From positions 268,001-516,000 of the forward strand of contig NZ_JMCB01000002.1 in the NCBI RefSeq assembly GCF_000737315.1: 248,000 bases of DNA, given 5' to 3'. Source of the stretch: Hyalangium minutum (lineage in GTDB: Bacteria; Myxococcota; Myxococcia; Myxococcales; Myxococcaceae). The notes beneath the pieces were generated by a model. The model was not told the DNA's origin. It did no database searches and saw only the letters and a program-made list of their open reading frames with translations. Of the stretch, positions 54,668 through 64,244 are shown one piece after another. The position numbers and the translations under genes are program-made. Position 1 is the first letter of the stretch, and each line of letters starts with the position of its first letter.

Positions 54668-55918
54668 TCAGGAAACGACCGGAGGCTGTTCCAGCTCCTG
54701 CTCCGTGGTCGCCACCGTGGACCGGCGGCGGAAGAAGCGCCGCCAGGAGAGGGTGAAGCCGGTCCACATCAGGAAGGCTCCCGCCAAGGAGGCCACTCCC
54801 GCGACGAGCTGGCCCGCCCACCCGAGCGCCTGTCCCGTGTGCAGGAAGCGCAGCCAGGTGCGGATCTGCCGGCCACTGTTGTAGTCAGCGAAGGTCTCCC
54901 GGCGCAGCACCTCCGCCGTGAAGGGATTGAGCGAGAGCTGCGCGGAAGCGAAGAGGGGCCATCCTCCCTGCTCCTTGATGGAGAAGGTCATGGCCTGCGG
55001 CCCGCGTGGACCTCCTTCGCGCGGGGCTCCTTCGCGTGGGCCACCCTCGCGCTGCCCTCCAGGCCGGGGGCCTCCGCCCATGCGCAGCGAGATGCTCTCC
55101 CAGGCGGGCACCTGCTTCTGGGCCTCCGCGAAAAGCGCGTCGACACCCAGGGGCGTGGCACCGGGAGGCGGCTCGGGCACCTTGACTGCGGTCTGCCCGA
55201 ACGGGCCCGAGTTGGCGGGCGGCTCATTCCCGGTGAGTGTGAAGATGAGGTCCGAGACCGCCTTGTAGGACATGACCACGCCCGACGCGGTCAGGACGAC
55301 GAGGATGGGCATGGCCCAGAAGCCCGCCGCGTTGTGCCAGTTGAAGTCTCGCGCCTTGCCCTTCAGCCCGCCCTTGAACCAGAGGACCGGGCGCACCGTC
55401 TTCCACGTCCACCTGCGAGGCCACCAGAGGTACAAGCCAGAGACAGCCAGGAACAGGAAGGCCGCATTGCAGACGCCGGTGACTCCTCGGCCCAGTGCGC
55501 GATGGTCCTCGGAGGTGGCCAGCCACCGGTGCAGTTCTTCCATTTGATGCAAGAAGGCACGCAGCCCTTTTCCTCCCTGCTCCCGGACGTCGCCCGTGTA
55601 GGGGTCCACGTAGACGCCGCTCCCGCGGCCCGTGCTCACCAGCACGGCGGACTCCGGATCGGCGTACACCGTCACGCCTTGAGGCTGCACCCCAGGCTTG
55701 GCCGCGCGCACTCGCGCCAACAGCTCTTCCACGGGGAGGCGGGCGGCTCCGGACGGGGGGGGCTGCACCTGCCGGGCCTCGCGATCCGCCCATTGCTCGA
55801 GCTGCGGCTCGAAGGCGAGCGCCGCTCCCGTCAGCGACATGAGGCCGATGATGATCCCAGCCACGAGGCCGGAGACCAGGTGCATCCAGAAGAGGATCGT
55901 GCGGAAGGTGCTTTTCAT
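54668..55918 (-). CDS. PepSY-associated TM helix protein (PiuB-like)
   Basis: FWMHL..G, LHRWL, NWH...GFW, LHTG. Confidence 0.88.
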   Translation of the reverse strand: MKSTFRTILFWMHLVSGLVAGIIIGLMSLTGAALAFEPQLEQWADREARQVQPPPSGAARLPVEELLARVRAAKPGVQPQGVTVYADPESAVLVSTGRGSGVYVDPYTGDVREQGGKGLRAFLHQMEELHRWLATSEDHRALGRGVTGVCNAAFLFLAVSGLYLWWPRRWTWKTVRPVLWFKGGLKGKARDFNWHNAAGFWAMPILVVLTASGVVMSYKAVSDLIFTLTGNEPPANSGPFGQTAVKVPEPPPGATPLGVDALFAEAQKQVPAWESISLRMGGGPRPGGQREGGPREGAPREGGPRGPQAMTFSIKEQGGWPLFASAQLSLNPFTAEVLRRETFADYNSGRQIRTWLRFLHTGQALGWAGQLVAGVASLAGAFLMWTGFTLSWRRFFRRRSTVATTEQELEQPPVVS

Positions 55919-55919
55919 G

Positions 55920-56681
55920 TCACTTGAGGGAGAACTGGACGGGGATGTCGACGATCACTCGCACCAGCCGGCCGTGCCGTCCGAGGGCGGGGGAGAAGCG
56001 CCACTGACGGACGGCGGCCAGGGCGGCCGCGTCGAGCTCCGGCACCGAGCGGATGATGCGCAGGCTCTCGGGTTCGACGCGCCCATCGATCCCAATGATG
56101 ATGCGGACCAGGACCAGCCCCTCGATGCCTTGGGAGCGGGCCGGCCGGGGATATTGAGGGAGGACCTGCTGGAGCACGGTGGGCGGACGCGACACCTGCT
56201 TCACGTCAACCGCCTCGCCGCCCGAGGCGACTCCCAGCCCCGTGCCAACACCTTCCTTCGCAGCGGAGTTCACGAGGCCCGCGACCACCGCTCCCATCGC
56301 TCCGGTTCCCGCCGCGGACTCAGGCTCTTCGAGGGCAGGGGCTTCCTCCTGCGGGGCTTGCTCCACTTCTTCAGGGACGGGCGCCTTCTCCGGCAGGGGC
56401 GCTGGCACCTGCGGTGGCGGCTTGAGACGAGCAGGGCGTGCACGGGCCCTGGTCATCACTCGCTGGGGCACTGCCGCTGGCGCGGCAGGGGCCGGGGCCG
56501 CCGCAGGGGGCGCCATGAAGGTGAGGAGTACCAACGGCGGGTCCTCGGGAGGTGGCGCTGTCTGCGGGGAGAGGCGGGGAACCCAAAGCACGGCCAAGAC
56601 CGCCCCGACGTGGACGAACGCGGCGATCATCAAGGCCCATCCCCAGCGCTCCCAGTCGCTCGCCCCAGCCGCATGGCCCAT
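55920..56681 (-). CDS. tonB: TonB energy transducer
   Basis: TM anchor, Pro-rich linker, YP..AR..GIEG, D.AAL.AVRQWRF. Confidence 0.85.
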   Translation of the reverse strand: MGHAAGASDWERWGWALMIAAFVHVGAVLAVLWVPRLSPQTAPPPEDPPLVLLTFMAPPAAAPAPAAPAAVPQRVMTRARARPARLKPPPQVPAPLPEKAPVPEEVEQAPQEEAPALEEPESAAGTGAMGAVVAGLVNSAAKEGVGTGLGVASGGEAVDVKQVSRPPTVLQQVLPQYPRPARSQGIEGLVLVRIIIGIDGRVEPESLRIIRSVPELDAAALAAVRQWRFSPALGRHGRLVRVIVDIPVQFSLK

Positions 56682-56763
56682 GCGGAAGAGCCCCGCTGCG
56701 TCTCTCGCGCCCGCTCTCTGCGCGAGGGCCGGACCCTGGCCGTACGGTTCGAAAGGCGTGATA

Positions 56764-56780
56764 TTGAGAATCGTTCTCAA
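56764..56780. promoter_or_regulatory. Fur box
   Basis: TTGAGAATCGTTCTCAA, near-perfect 7-1-7 palindrome upstream of tonB. Confidence 0.8.
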
Positions 56781-56916
56781 TTTCATTGCTCCCACAAGTA
56801 TCTTGGGGGAGCGGTTGCGTCAACCCTGCCTGGATCAAAATGGTTGGCGCGGGACGAGGGAGGAAGTCCATGCCTACTGCGAGTGTTCTGATCACCCGAA
56901 CTTGGGGTGAAGACCT

Positions 56917-57978
56917 TCAGGGCTTGGGGACAAAGCCGAGCAAGGTCCGGGGGAACTTGTCAGTCACCAGCAGGAAGCCCCGGTCCTCCAGCCGCACCAC
57001 GCCCTCCCAGTTCCGGGCTGCTTCATTGGAGAGCTGGAGCTGAAGGGGTGGCCTGTCTGTGAGCACGATGCCGCCTGGAGTGACTTGGAGTTCGATGAGC
57101 CGTTCCACCTGGGGCTTCTGCGCTTGGGTCGGTCCGGTGCCATACCGGGCCATGAGCGGATCCGGCGCCGGCTTGAAGTGTTTCTGAGTGCCTGGGTAGT
57201 TGTAGTTCATCACCCAGAACCGGCCCGTCGCATCCAGCGAGGTGGCATCGGTGATGCGGTACTCGATCGCGGGCAGCGTGAGCTTTCCGGAATGGCCCAA
57301 CGAGCCATCGAAGCTCTCGGCGGCCGGCGCCGGGTTCACACGGGCCCCATTCGCTTCGTACAGGGCCAGCACCCGGTTCTCGCCTACCACCAGCGCCTCG
57401 AAGCCCGCGTTCGATACGTCGGCTGGCAAGGGCAGAACCGCCTGAGGTGAAGCCTCGAGCTTCAGCACGCTCAGATCCGGCGCGATGCGGCCGGTGACCA
57501 GGAACGCCTTCCCGGCGAGCCGGTGGGTCTCCACGGTCAGATACGCCTGCTCCCCGGAGAAGCCGAGCGCCTCGTAGCCTTCAAAGCCGGTGATGCGCTT
57601 CTCGAGGCCGCCGCTGTCGAACACGATGCAGCGAGGCTCCAGCGGCCCCGTCGCGGTGTGATCGATCCGCGCGAGGAGTTCCGCTTTCGAGACGGTGTAG
57701 AGGCAGGCGGGGCCGTCATCCTCCCAGCCGGGATATTGCGGCAGCATGACGAGGTGATCGCCGTACCACGCGAGCCCCGAGAGCTCGGCGTCTTCGCTCT
57801 GAAGCGCGCCACCCAGGGGCAGGAGGGTGACGATTTGCTCCGGCGCTGTCCCCCGTAACGCCGGAGGCACATCCGCTAGAGCCACCGGCTGGGAAGAGCT
57901 CGAGACACACCCGGCCATGGCCAGGGAGAGAACGAGCGCGCGAACCGTCCAGCGCACCTGGTTTCTGTCTCGTGTCAT
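56917..57978 (-). CDS. Lipoprotein, phytase/esterase-like beta-propeller
   Basis: Lipobox MAGC; ELSGL, GYEAL, FEAL, NWEG repeats. Confidence 0.6.
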   Translation of the reverse strand: MTRDRNQVRWTVRALVLSLAMAGCVSSSSQPVALADVPPALRGTAPEQIVTLLPLGGALQSEDAELSGLAWYGDHLVMLPQYPGWEDDGPACLYTVSKAELLARIDHTATGPLEPRCIVFDSGGLEKRITGFEGYEALGFSGEQAYLTVETHRLAGKAFLVTGRIAPDLSVLKLEASPQAVLPLPADVSNAGFEALVVGENRVLALYEANGARVNPAPAAESFDGSLGHSGKLTLPAIEYRITDATSLDATGRFWVMNYNYPGTQKHFKPAPDPLMARYGTGPTQAQKPQVERLIELQVTPGGIVLTDRPPLQLQLSNEAARNWEGVVRLEDRGFLLVTDKFPRTLLGFVPKP

Positions 57979-58008
57979 GTTTCGCCCTGACCCGGTTTCT
58001 TCGGTGGC

Positions 58009-59022
58009 TCAGGCGCGCTCGAAGCGGACCTGCGCACGGCTCATCACGTGCTCCACCACCAGCAGGTGCCACGCCACTTGATCGATGCGCGCCATCTGCT
58101 GGGGCTCGGCGCGCAGGGACTGCGCCAGCTCCTCCATCGTCACTCCCGCCGCGGCCGCATGCTCTCGAAGCAGCGCCTCCACGCGCTCGGGAGTCAGGGT
58201 GAGCCCGTCCCGCTCGCGGATGGCGGCCAAGGCCAGGCCGATCCTCAGCCGGTTCTCCACTTCGGCGCGGGTCCGTGCGTCGCGAAGCCAGGTCTGGAGC
58301 GACTCCTGCTGCTGCTCCGGGGAAAGCTCCAGCTCGCGGACGGTAATGCCCTCGCTGGCGTTCCAGCGCGCGATGATTTCCCGGTCGATGAGCTCGGGAG
58401 GAACCTTCACCTCGGTGCGCGCGGCCACCTCGTCCAGCACCCGCTGCTGGGCCAGGAGCCCCAACTGCTGCACCGTCTCTTGCTCCATTTGCTGGTACAC
58501 GCTGCGCATGGCCTCCGCCAGGGTCGCGCCGCGGCCCAGCGCTTGGAGGAACTCCGGGCTCTCCAGATCGGGGTACGTCACCTGGCGCGCTGCGTGGATT
58601 TGAACCATGAAGCGGGCGGGCATGTTGCGCAGCGTCTCGACGGGGTAATCGGCCGGCAACGTGACGTCCACCGCCACGGTCTTGTTGGGGGTGTGGCCAA
58701 CGAGGGCCTCGTACAACCCGGGGAGCTGGGGCTCGGGCAGCAGGGGCAGCCACACCTCTTTGCGGGCACTGAAAGGCACGAGGCGGCCGTTCGAGAAGCC
58801 CACGATGCTCAGCAGCACCTCGTCCTTCCAGGCCACCGGCTCGTTGGGGTACCGGTAGCGCTCGTTGGCGAGCGGTCGCGCCAGCTCGAGGAAGCGCTGC
58901 TGGACTTGCTCCGCGGTGAAATCCTTGGGGGCGGGGACCGTGACTTCCAGTCCCTCCAGGGAGGGCGCCTTGGCCCGAGGCAGCTTCGCCTCGGCCAGAT
59001 CGGGAACAACGAAGCGACTCAT
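58009..59022 (-). CDS. Trigger factor-like protein lacking the ribosome-binding domain
   Basis: FKBP-like PGLYEALVG...DYPVETL.N.PARF; helical C-domain; no GFRxGK motif. Confidence 0.7.
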   Translation of the reverse strand: MSRFVVPDLAEAKLPRAKAPSLEGLEVTVPAPKDFTAEQVQQRFLELARPLANERYRYPNEPVAWKDEVLLSIVGFSNGRLVPFSARKEVWLPLLPEPQLPGLYEALVGHTPNKTVAVDVTLPADYPVETLRNMPARFMVQIHAARQVTYPDLESPEFLQALGRGATLAEAMRSVYQQMEQETVQQLGLLAQQRVLDEVAARTEVKVPPELIDREIIARWNASEGITVRELELSPEQQQESLQTWLRDARTRAEVENRLRIGLALAAIRERDGLTLTPERVEALLREHAAAAGVTMEELAQSLRAEPQQMARIDQVAWHLLVVEHVMSRAQVRFERA

Positions 59023-59070
59023 GGAAGGCTCCTCCTGGAGGGGGGCAGGGATCCGCCGCCGGCCCTGAGC

Positions 59071-60096
59071 TTAGCCGTTCTTCTTCGGGAGGAACGCACC
59101 GACGAGGGAGGAGACCGCCGAGATCCCCGCGCCCACCTGCGAGACGATGGGGATGTTGGTGGCGGCGGCGACGGAGCCCGCGGCCGAGATGGTGGAGGTC
59201 ACCTTGGCGCCCGTGGAGGACTTGGGGTCCGCCCAGGTGCGCGCCGCCTGGCCGACGTCCAGCGCCGCCAGACCGATGTTGAGGCCCGGCACGAAGCGGC
59301 CGGCCACCTTCGCCGCGGTGCCCGCGCCCTTGGCGCCCGCCTTCACGCCATCCAGCGCCGCGTCGGCCGCCTGGGTCACTTTGGCCGCGTTGCCCGCGCC
59401 GCCCGCGGCCTTCTCACCCGACTTGATGACCTTGCCCTCGATCTTCCCGGCCAGCCCGCCCAGGTGCCCCTTGTGCAGCAGCTCCGCCACGGCCATGCCG
59501 GCGCCGGCGATCCCGCCCTTGATGGCGCTCTTGTCCTTGAGGACCGAGGCCATCGCGTCCGCGTGGCGCAAGGGCCCGCCCTTGTGAGCGGCCTCGGCGG
59601 CCGCGTTGGCCACCGCGCCCGACAGCGGGCCGGCCTTGCCGCCCACCAGGTCCTTGGCCACCTGACCCAGCTTGTCGAAGCTCTTGGCGGAGGAGAAGGC
59701 GGCGGCAGTCTCGAGCGCGCCCTTGGTGGTGCCCAGCACGCCGCGCGCCAGGCCCATGGCGTTCTCCGCGATGGCATGGCCGTCACCGCTCTTCACCGCC
59801 TGCGCCAGCCCGTTGGCGTTGGTGCCGATGCCGACGACGCCGCCCGCCAGGCCCGCGGCGCCCAGGCCCCGGCCCGCCAGGCCCGTGCCACCGTTGTGGT
59901 AGTTCTGGGTCATCGTCTTCCCCGGAGAGAAGAAGTCCTTCGCGTTGAAGGGGGCGGTGGGCGGCTTGACGGTGGTGGCCGGGGGAGGAGACAGCGGCTT
60001 GGCCTTGTCCAGCGCAGGCTTGGTGAAGTCCGAGGAGGGCGTGGTGGTGGAGGGCTGGGGACGGGGAGCAACGGGGCTGGAGTTGATCGTGGTCAT
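59071..60096 (-). CDS. Ala/Gly/Lys-rich protein with Pro/Thr-rich N-terminus
   Basis: MTTINSSPVAP start; no Sec signal; Gly-zipper-like amphipathic segments. Confidence 0.7.
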   Translation of the reverse strand: MTTINSSPVAPRPQPSTTTPSSDFTKPALDKAKPLSPPPATTVKPPTAPFNAKDFFSPGKTMTQNYHNGGTGLAGRGLGAAGLAGGVVGIGTNANGLAQAVKSGDGHAIAENAMGLARGVLGTTKGALETAAAFSSAKSFDKLGQVAKDLVGGKAGPLSGAVANAAAEAAHKGGPLRHADAMASVLKDKSAIKGGIAGAGMAVAELLHKGHLGGLAGKIEGKVIKSGEKAAGGAGNAAKVTQAADAALDGVKAGAKGAGTAAKVAGRFVPGLNIGLAALDVGQAARTWADPKSSTGAKVTSTISAAGSVAAATNIPIVSQVGAGISAVSSLVGAFLPKKNG

Positions 60097-60165
60097 GGCG
60101 GCATCCTCGGAGTGGCGGGGGGCTTGGAAGGGGTGGGAGTCAGTGGCTGACGGACATGAGCATTA

Positions 60166-60180
60166 GCAGGAGGTGTGCCA
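60166..60180 (-). promoter_or_regulatory. Sigma-54 (-24/-12) promoter
   Basis: Minus strand TGGCACACCTCCTGC = GG-N10-GC, about 70 bp upstream of the 60096 start. Confidence 0.65.
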
Positions 60181-60474
60181 ACGCCCCCTGCATCCCACAG
60201 TGGCCCCCTAACCCAGCCATTTTCCAAGAGAAGCGCTCGAGAGCCACCGGCTTGGGGGGCTTCTGGTTTACTTCCCTGGCGGGCTTCCCGGGACTCCAGT
60301 CATCAGCCGAGGCCCCTTTACCGTGGGACTCCAGTCATCGGCTGATGAGTCCAGTCACCAAGCGGGACTCGAGGCGGGTGGCGGGCTCGGCCAGGAAACT
60401 GGATACGGCAGAGTGGACATGGGTTGGATGAGCCCTGAGTCTCGCCAGTCATTGGCTCACCCCCGAGGCATCTC

Positions 60475-62775
60475 TTGAAAACTCTCTCCCGGCACCTGTT
60501 CTGGGTGCTCGCGCTGGCGTTGCTCGCGAGCTGCTCTGCGTCTTCTCCCGCCCCTGGCGCTGCCCAGTTCGCTGTCTCCCTCCCCCAGGCCCTCTCCTCC
60601 AGCGACGTGACCCGTATTCGGGTGACGGTCTCCGCCTCCGATATGGAGGCCCTCTCCGTCGAGCTCGCCAAATCCAACGGTGCCTGGGGAGGCCTCATCG
60701 GCAATCTCCCCGCGGGCGCCAACCGCTCCTTTCTCGCCCAGGCCTTCGACTCCTCCGGCGCGCTCCTCTTCCAGGGCCAGACGTCCGGCGTCTCCATCGC
60801 TCCCAACCAGACCACCGCCGTCGCCCTGACCCTCCAACAGGTGTCTGCGCCTCCTCCCTATGGCAACGAGGCTCCCATCATTGACTCCCTCGTCGCCTCG
60901 TCGACCTCTGTGCTCACCGGTGGCGCTCTCTCCCTGACGGCCACCGTGCATGATCCCAATCCTGGCGACACCCTCACCCTGAACTGGACAGCCTCCGGCG
61001 GCTCCTTCTCTGCGCCTTCCGCTCTGGACACGTCCTGGACGGCGCCTGCTTCCGCGGGCATCCAGACCCTCATCCTCACGGTGACCGACTCCCAGGGGGC
61101 TGCTGTCTCTGTCTCCCTGGCGGTCAACGTCTCCAGCGCCTCCACGGGCAACGCCGCCCTGAACATCTCCTTCAACCTCTGGCCCACGGTCTCCCGGGTG
61201 TCGGCCTCCCTGAGCCGCCTCGACGCAGGACAGTCCACCACTGTCTCTGTCTTGGCCTCCGATGGGGATGGCGATGGCCTGTCCTACCAGTGGACTTCTT
61301 CTTGCCCGGGCACCTGGACGGACGCCTCCTTCAGCACGGCCTCCTTCGTCCCTTCCTCGGTGCCGGCCGGTGCGTGTAACAACTGCCAGCTCACCGTCAC
61401 CGTCCAGGACAGCCGGGGAGGGCAGACCACGGGCTCCCTCGCCTTGTGCGTCGCTTCCGCTTCCATGGAGCGCTTCCCCCCGCGCATCTCCCATCTCTAC
61501 CAGTCCGCCACCTCCACCGCTCCGGGCCAGACGGTCACCTTCGAGGTCACCGCCCTGGATCCCCAGGCCAGCTCCCTGACGTTCACGTGGAGCGCTACCA
61601 CTGGCTCCCTGGGCACACCGGTGAACGGCGCCTCCTCCAGCCACGTCACCTGGACGGCCCCCTCCTGTGCCTCCGGCGGCATGACCCCTGGCATTACCGC
61701 CACCGTCACCAACGCCTTCCACCTCTCCGCCACACAGAATTTCCGGGTGGAAGGAGTGCCCGCCTGTCCTTCGGGATGGACCTCGACGCAAGCCATGAGC
61801 TTGCCTCGCTACCACCACACGGCGACGCTGCTGCCCAACGGCAAGGTCCTCGTCGCGGGTGGAGTCTTTGTCAGCGCTCATGCGATGGCCGAGGTCTATG
61901 ACCCGGCCTCGGGCACTTGGAGCGCGACGGGCTCCATGGCCCAGGGTCGTTACATCCACACGGCGACGCTGCTGCCCAATGGCAAGGTCCTCGTCACGGG
62001 TGGCTCCAACGGCGTGGCGTCCTTGGCGACGGCGGAGGTGTATGACCCAGCCTCGGGCACCTGGAGCGCGACGGGCCCCATGGCTTCGCCTCGCAGCGAG
62101 CACACGGCGACGCTGCTGCCCAATGGCAAGGTCCTCATCGCGGGCGGATACACGAACCCGGGCACCCATTCCTCCAGTTCCCTGGTGACGGCGGAGGTGT
62201 ACGACCCGGCCTCGGGCACCTGGAGCACGGCCGGCGCCATGGCCACGCCTCGATCCGTCCACACAGCGACGCTGCTGCCCAACGGCAAGGTCCTCGTCAC
62301 GGGGGGCTCGAACAGCGATTTCCTGGCGACAGCGGAGGTGTACGACCCGGCTTCGGGCACCTGGAGCACGGCCGGCGCCATGGCCTCGCCCCGCCGGTAC
62401 CACACAGCGGCGCTGTTACCCAACGGCAAGGTTCTCATCGCGGGCGGATACAGCAGCCCCATCTTCGCGACGGCAGAGGTATACGACCCGGTCTCGGGCA
62501 CCTGGAGCATGACGGGCTCCATGGTCACACCCCGCTACCTCCACACGGTGACGCTGCTGCAAAGCGGCAAGGTGCTCGTCGCGGGGGGAGCCAATGGCCT
62601 CAACCACAGGGAAGCGGAGGCATATGACCCGGCTTCAGGCACCTGGAGTGCGGTCCCTTCCATGATCCATGTCCGCCGCAGCCACGCGGCGGCGCTGCTG
62701 CAAGACGGCAGGGTTCTCATCTCCGGCGGATATAATGGCGGTGGTTTCCCAGATGCGGAGCTGTACTCACCCTGA
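60475..62775 (+). CDS. Kelch-repeat lipoprotein with Ig/PKD-like domains (paralogue of 46238..48490)
   Basis: Lipobox LASC; NEAPIIDS shared with the paralogue; HTATLLPNGKVL repeats. Confidence 0.88.
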   Translation: MKTLSRHLFWVLALALLASCSASSPAPGAAQFAVSLPQALSSSDVTRIRVTVSASDMEALSVELAKSNGAWGGLIGNLPAGANRSFLAQAFDSSGALLFQGQTSGVSIAPNQTTAVALTLQQVSAPPPYGNEAPIIDSLVASSTSVLTGGALSLTATVHDPNPGDTLTLNWTASGGSFSAPSALDTSWTAPASAGIQTLILTVTDSQGAAVSVSLAVNVSSASTGNAALNISFNLWPTVSRVSASLSRLDAGQSTTVSVLASDGDGDGLSYQWTSSCPGTWTDASFSTASFVPSSVPAGACNNCQLTVTVQDSRGGQTTGSLALCVASASMERFPPRISHLYQSATSTAPGQTVTFEVTALDPQASSLTFTWSATTGSLGTPVNGASSSHVTWTAPSCASGGMTPGITATVTNAFHLSATQNFRVEGVPACPSGWTSTQAMSLPRYHHTATLLPNGKVLVAGGVFVSAHAMAEVYDPASGTWSATGSMAQGRYIHTATLLPNGKVLVTGGSNGVASLATAEVYDPASGTWSATGPMASPRSEHTATLLPNGKVLIAGGYTNPGTHSSSSLVTAEVYDPASGTWSTAGAMATPRSVHTATLLPNGKVLVTGGSNSDFLATAEVYDPASGTWSTAGAMASPRRYHTAALLPNGKVLIAGGYSSPIFATAEVYDPVSGTWSMTGSMVTPRYLHTVTLLQSGKVLVAGGANGLNHREAEAYDPASGTWSAVPSMIHVRRSHAAALLQDGRVLISGGYNGGGFPDAELYSP

Positions 62776-62814
62776 AGACATTCAAGCGGGGCAGAGCCGA
62801 GGCCGGGCTCTGTG

Positions 62815-62834
62815 TGGAGGCGGCGGGAATCGAA
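62815..62834 (-). repeat. tmRNA 3'-end-like fragment, copy 2
   Basis: tggaggcggcgggaatcgaa, identical to part of copy 1. Confidence 0.65.
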
Positions 62835-62859
62835 GGCGTGCTCATCTGCTTGAAAGGAC

Positions 62860-63594
62860 GTGGCCATGCGTTTCCGAACGTGCAGCGCACTCCTGTTTCT
62901 CCTCTCGGCCTGCGCCACGACAGAGCCGAGCATCGGAGAACTGGAGGGCCCTGATCCGAGGTTCGCCAACCTTCAGCGGGCGGCGCAGTACCCCTGGACG
63001 GATGACGGGCATTGCGTGGTGCGGGAAGCCTCTCACGAATGGCCGATTCTGGCGGAGCGGTGCTTTCACGCTCTCGATCACGACAGGGTCAAGTTTCGGG
63101 ATGTCGCCGGAAGATGCGCTGTCGCCTCTGCGGGTGCGGCGGCCGTAGGCGTGGGGCTCTGCGTCTTTGTGGCACCCGAGATCATTGTTGGAGCGGTGAT
63201 CATCGCTGGCGTTGTCGTGGTGGCTGTTGCCATCAAAGGCGAGTTGGATGCATACGAGCGAAGGGCATCTCGTGATCGTGCGAGGACCGAGGCTCAAACA
63301 CGGCCATCCCATGAGCAGGAGCCCTCGGCGAATCGAAAGCCCAGCCCCAAAAATCAACCCGACCCCGAGAGACGCCCGAAGCCGTTCATTCACCCCAATC
63401 CCACTCCGGAGGAACGGGAGGAATGGAGGAAGCGGTGTCTTGACTATTACGTGCGCTGTAGCGAGTTCGTGAAAGGGGATAAGCAGTGGCGCGTCTTCGG
63501 GGAGCGCCAGTGTCAATCGTGCTGGTTGCTTTGCGAGCGTACAGGTCAGTGGCCAGCAGAAGCGAACGAGAGACCCTGCCCAGGAGGTGATTGA
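62860..63594 (+). CDS. Sit-type toxin lipoprotein with a short Cys-rich C-terminal domain
   Basis: Lipobox LSAC; NLQRAA.YPWTDDG.CVVREA escort region; hydrophobic segment. Confidence 0.7.
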   Translation: MAMRFRTCSALLFLLSACATTEPSIGELEGPDPRFANLQRAAQYPWTDDGHCVVREASHEWPILAERCFHALDHDRVKFRDVAGRCAVASAGAAAVGVGLCVFVAPEIIVGAVIIAGVVVVAVAIKGELDAYERRASRDRARTEAQTRPSHEQEPSANRKPSPKNQPDPERRPKPFIHPNPTPEEREEWRKRCLDYYVRCSEFVKGDKQWRVFGERQCQSCWLLCERTGQWPAEANERPCPGGD

Positions 63595-64085
63595 CCGTGA
63601 GGCGCACGCGCGAAGACTGGTGGAAGAGCGTCGCTGAGCGACGCGACGATCACTTGATCAAGCTCTTGAAGGCCAAGGCGCCCTGGCCGGACTTCAAGCA
63701 GGCGATCCGTGCTCAAGAGGCAGAACTGATCCGGGAGGCGCAGACGCCCGTTGAACGGCGGCACATCCAACAGCTTTCCATGCCGGTGCTGCTGACCGAG
63801 GCTTACGCGAGGGGTCTTGAGTGGGACGAATTTGGCCCACTGGTGCGCCGTATTCAGCGGCTCGGCTACGCAGACATGACCCACCGGATCCACGTGGCGT
63901 GTCTCTTTGTCCAATCATTGCCCCGTTTTCCAGAGCGAGCCCGGCAAGCGTTCGCCATGCTTGATGGAGTGGAGGGGAGCCTCAAGCGCATCCGCAAGAG
64001 TCACTACCTACGTAAAGAAGGGATGGAGGGTATAGCCCATGCGCGCGCTGTGGCGGCAGCCGCTGGCATTTCATCGCCAAAGTAG
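63591..64085 (+). CDS. Putative immunity protein
   Basis: Overlaps the toxin stop by 4 bp; helical cytoplasmic protein. Confidence 0.6.
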   Translation: MTVRRTREDWWKSVAERRDDHLIKLLKAKAPWPDFKQAIRAQEAELIREAQTPVERRHIQQLSMPVLLTEAYARGLEWDEFGPLVRRIQRLGYADMTHRIHVACLFVQSLPRFPERARQAFAMLDGVEGSLKRIRKSHYLRKEGMEGIAHARAVAAAAGISSPK

Positions 64086-64186
64086 GTGATCCAGAAGTAT
64101 GGGACATGGCACCATCTGCGGCTTGCGCCATACGTGCACCATGGATGGAGGAAGCCGCTAACCATCCGTAGCCACGGAGTGAAAAG

Positions 64187-64211
64187 TGGAAGCGGCGGCA
64201 ATCGAACCCGC
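64187..64211 (-). repeat. tmRNA 3'-end-like fragment, copy 3 (degenerate)
   Basis: tggaagcggcggcaatcgaacccgc, 2 mismatches to copy 1. Confidence 0.6.
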
Positions 64212-64244
64212 TTCCGCGTGACGAGAAGGCAGGATGGAGTTGGA

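Noticed and set aside
58009-59022. Housekeeping trigger factor (tig)
   Set aside because: No ribosome-binding N-domain and no clpP/clpX context.
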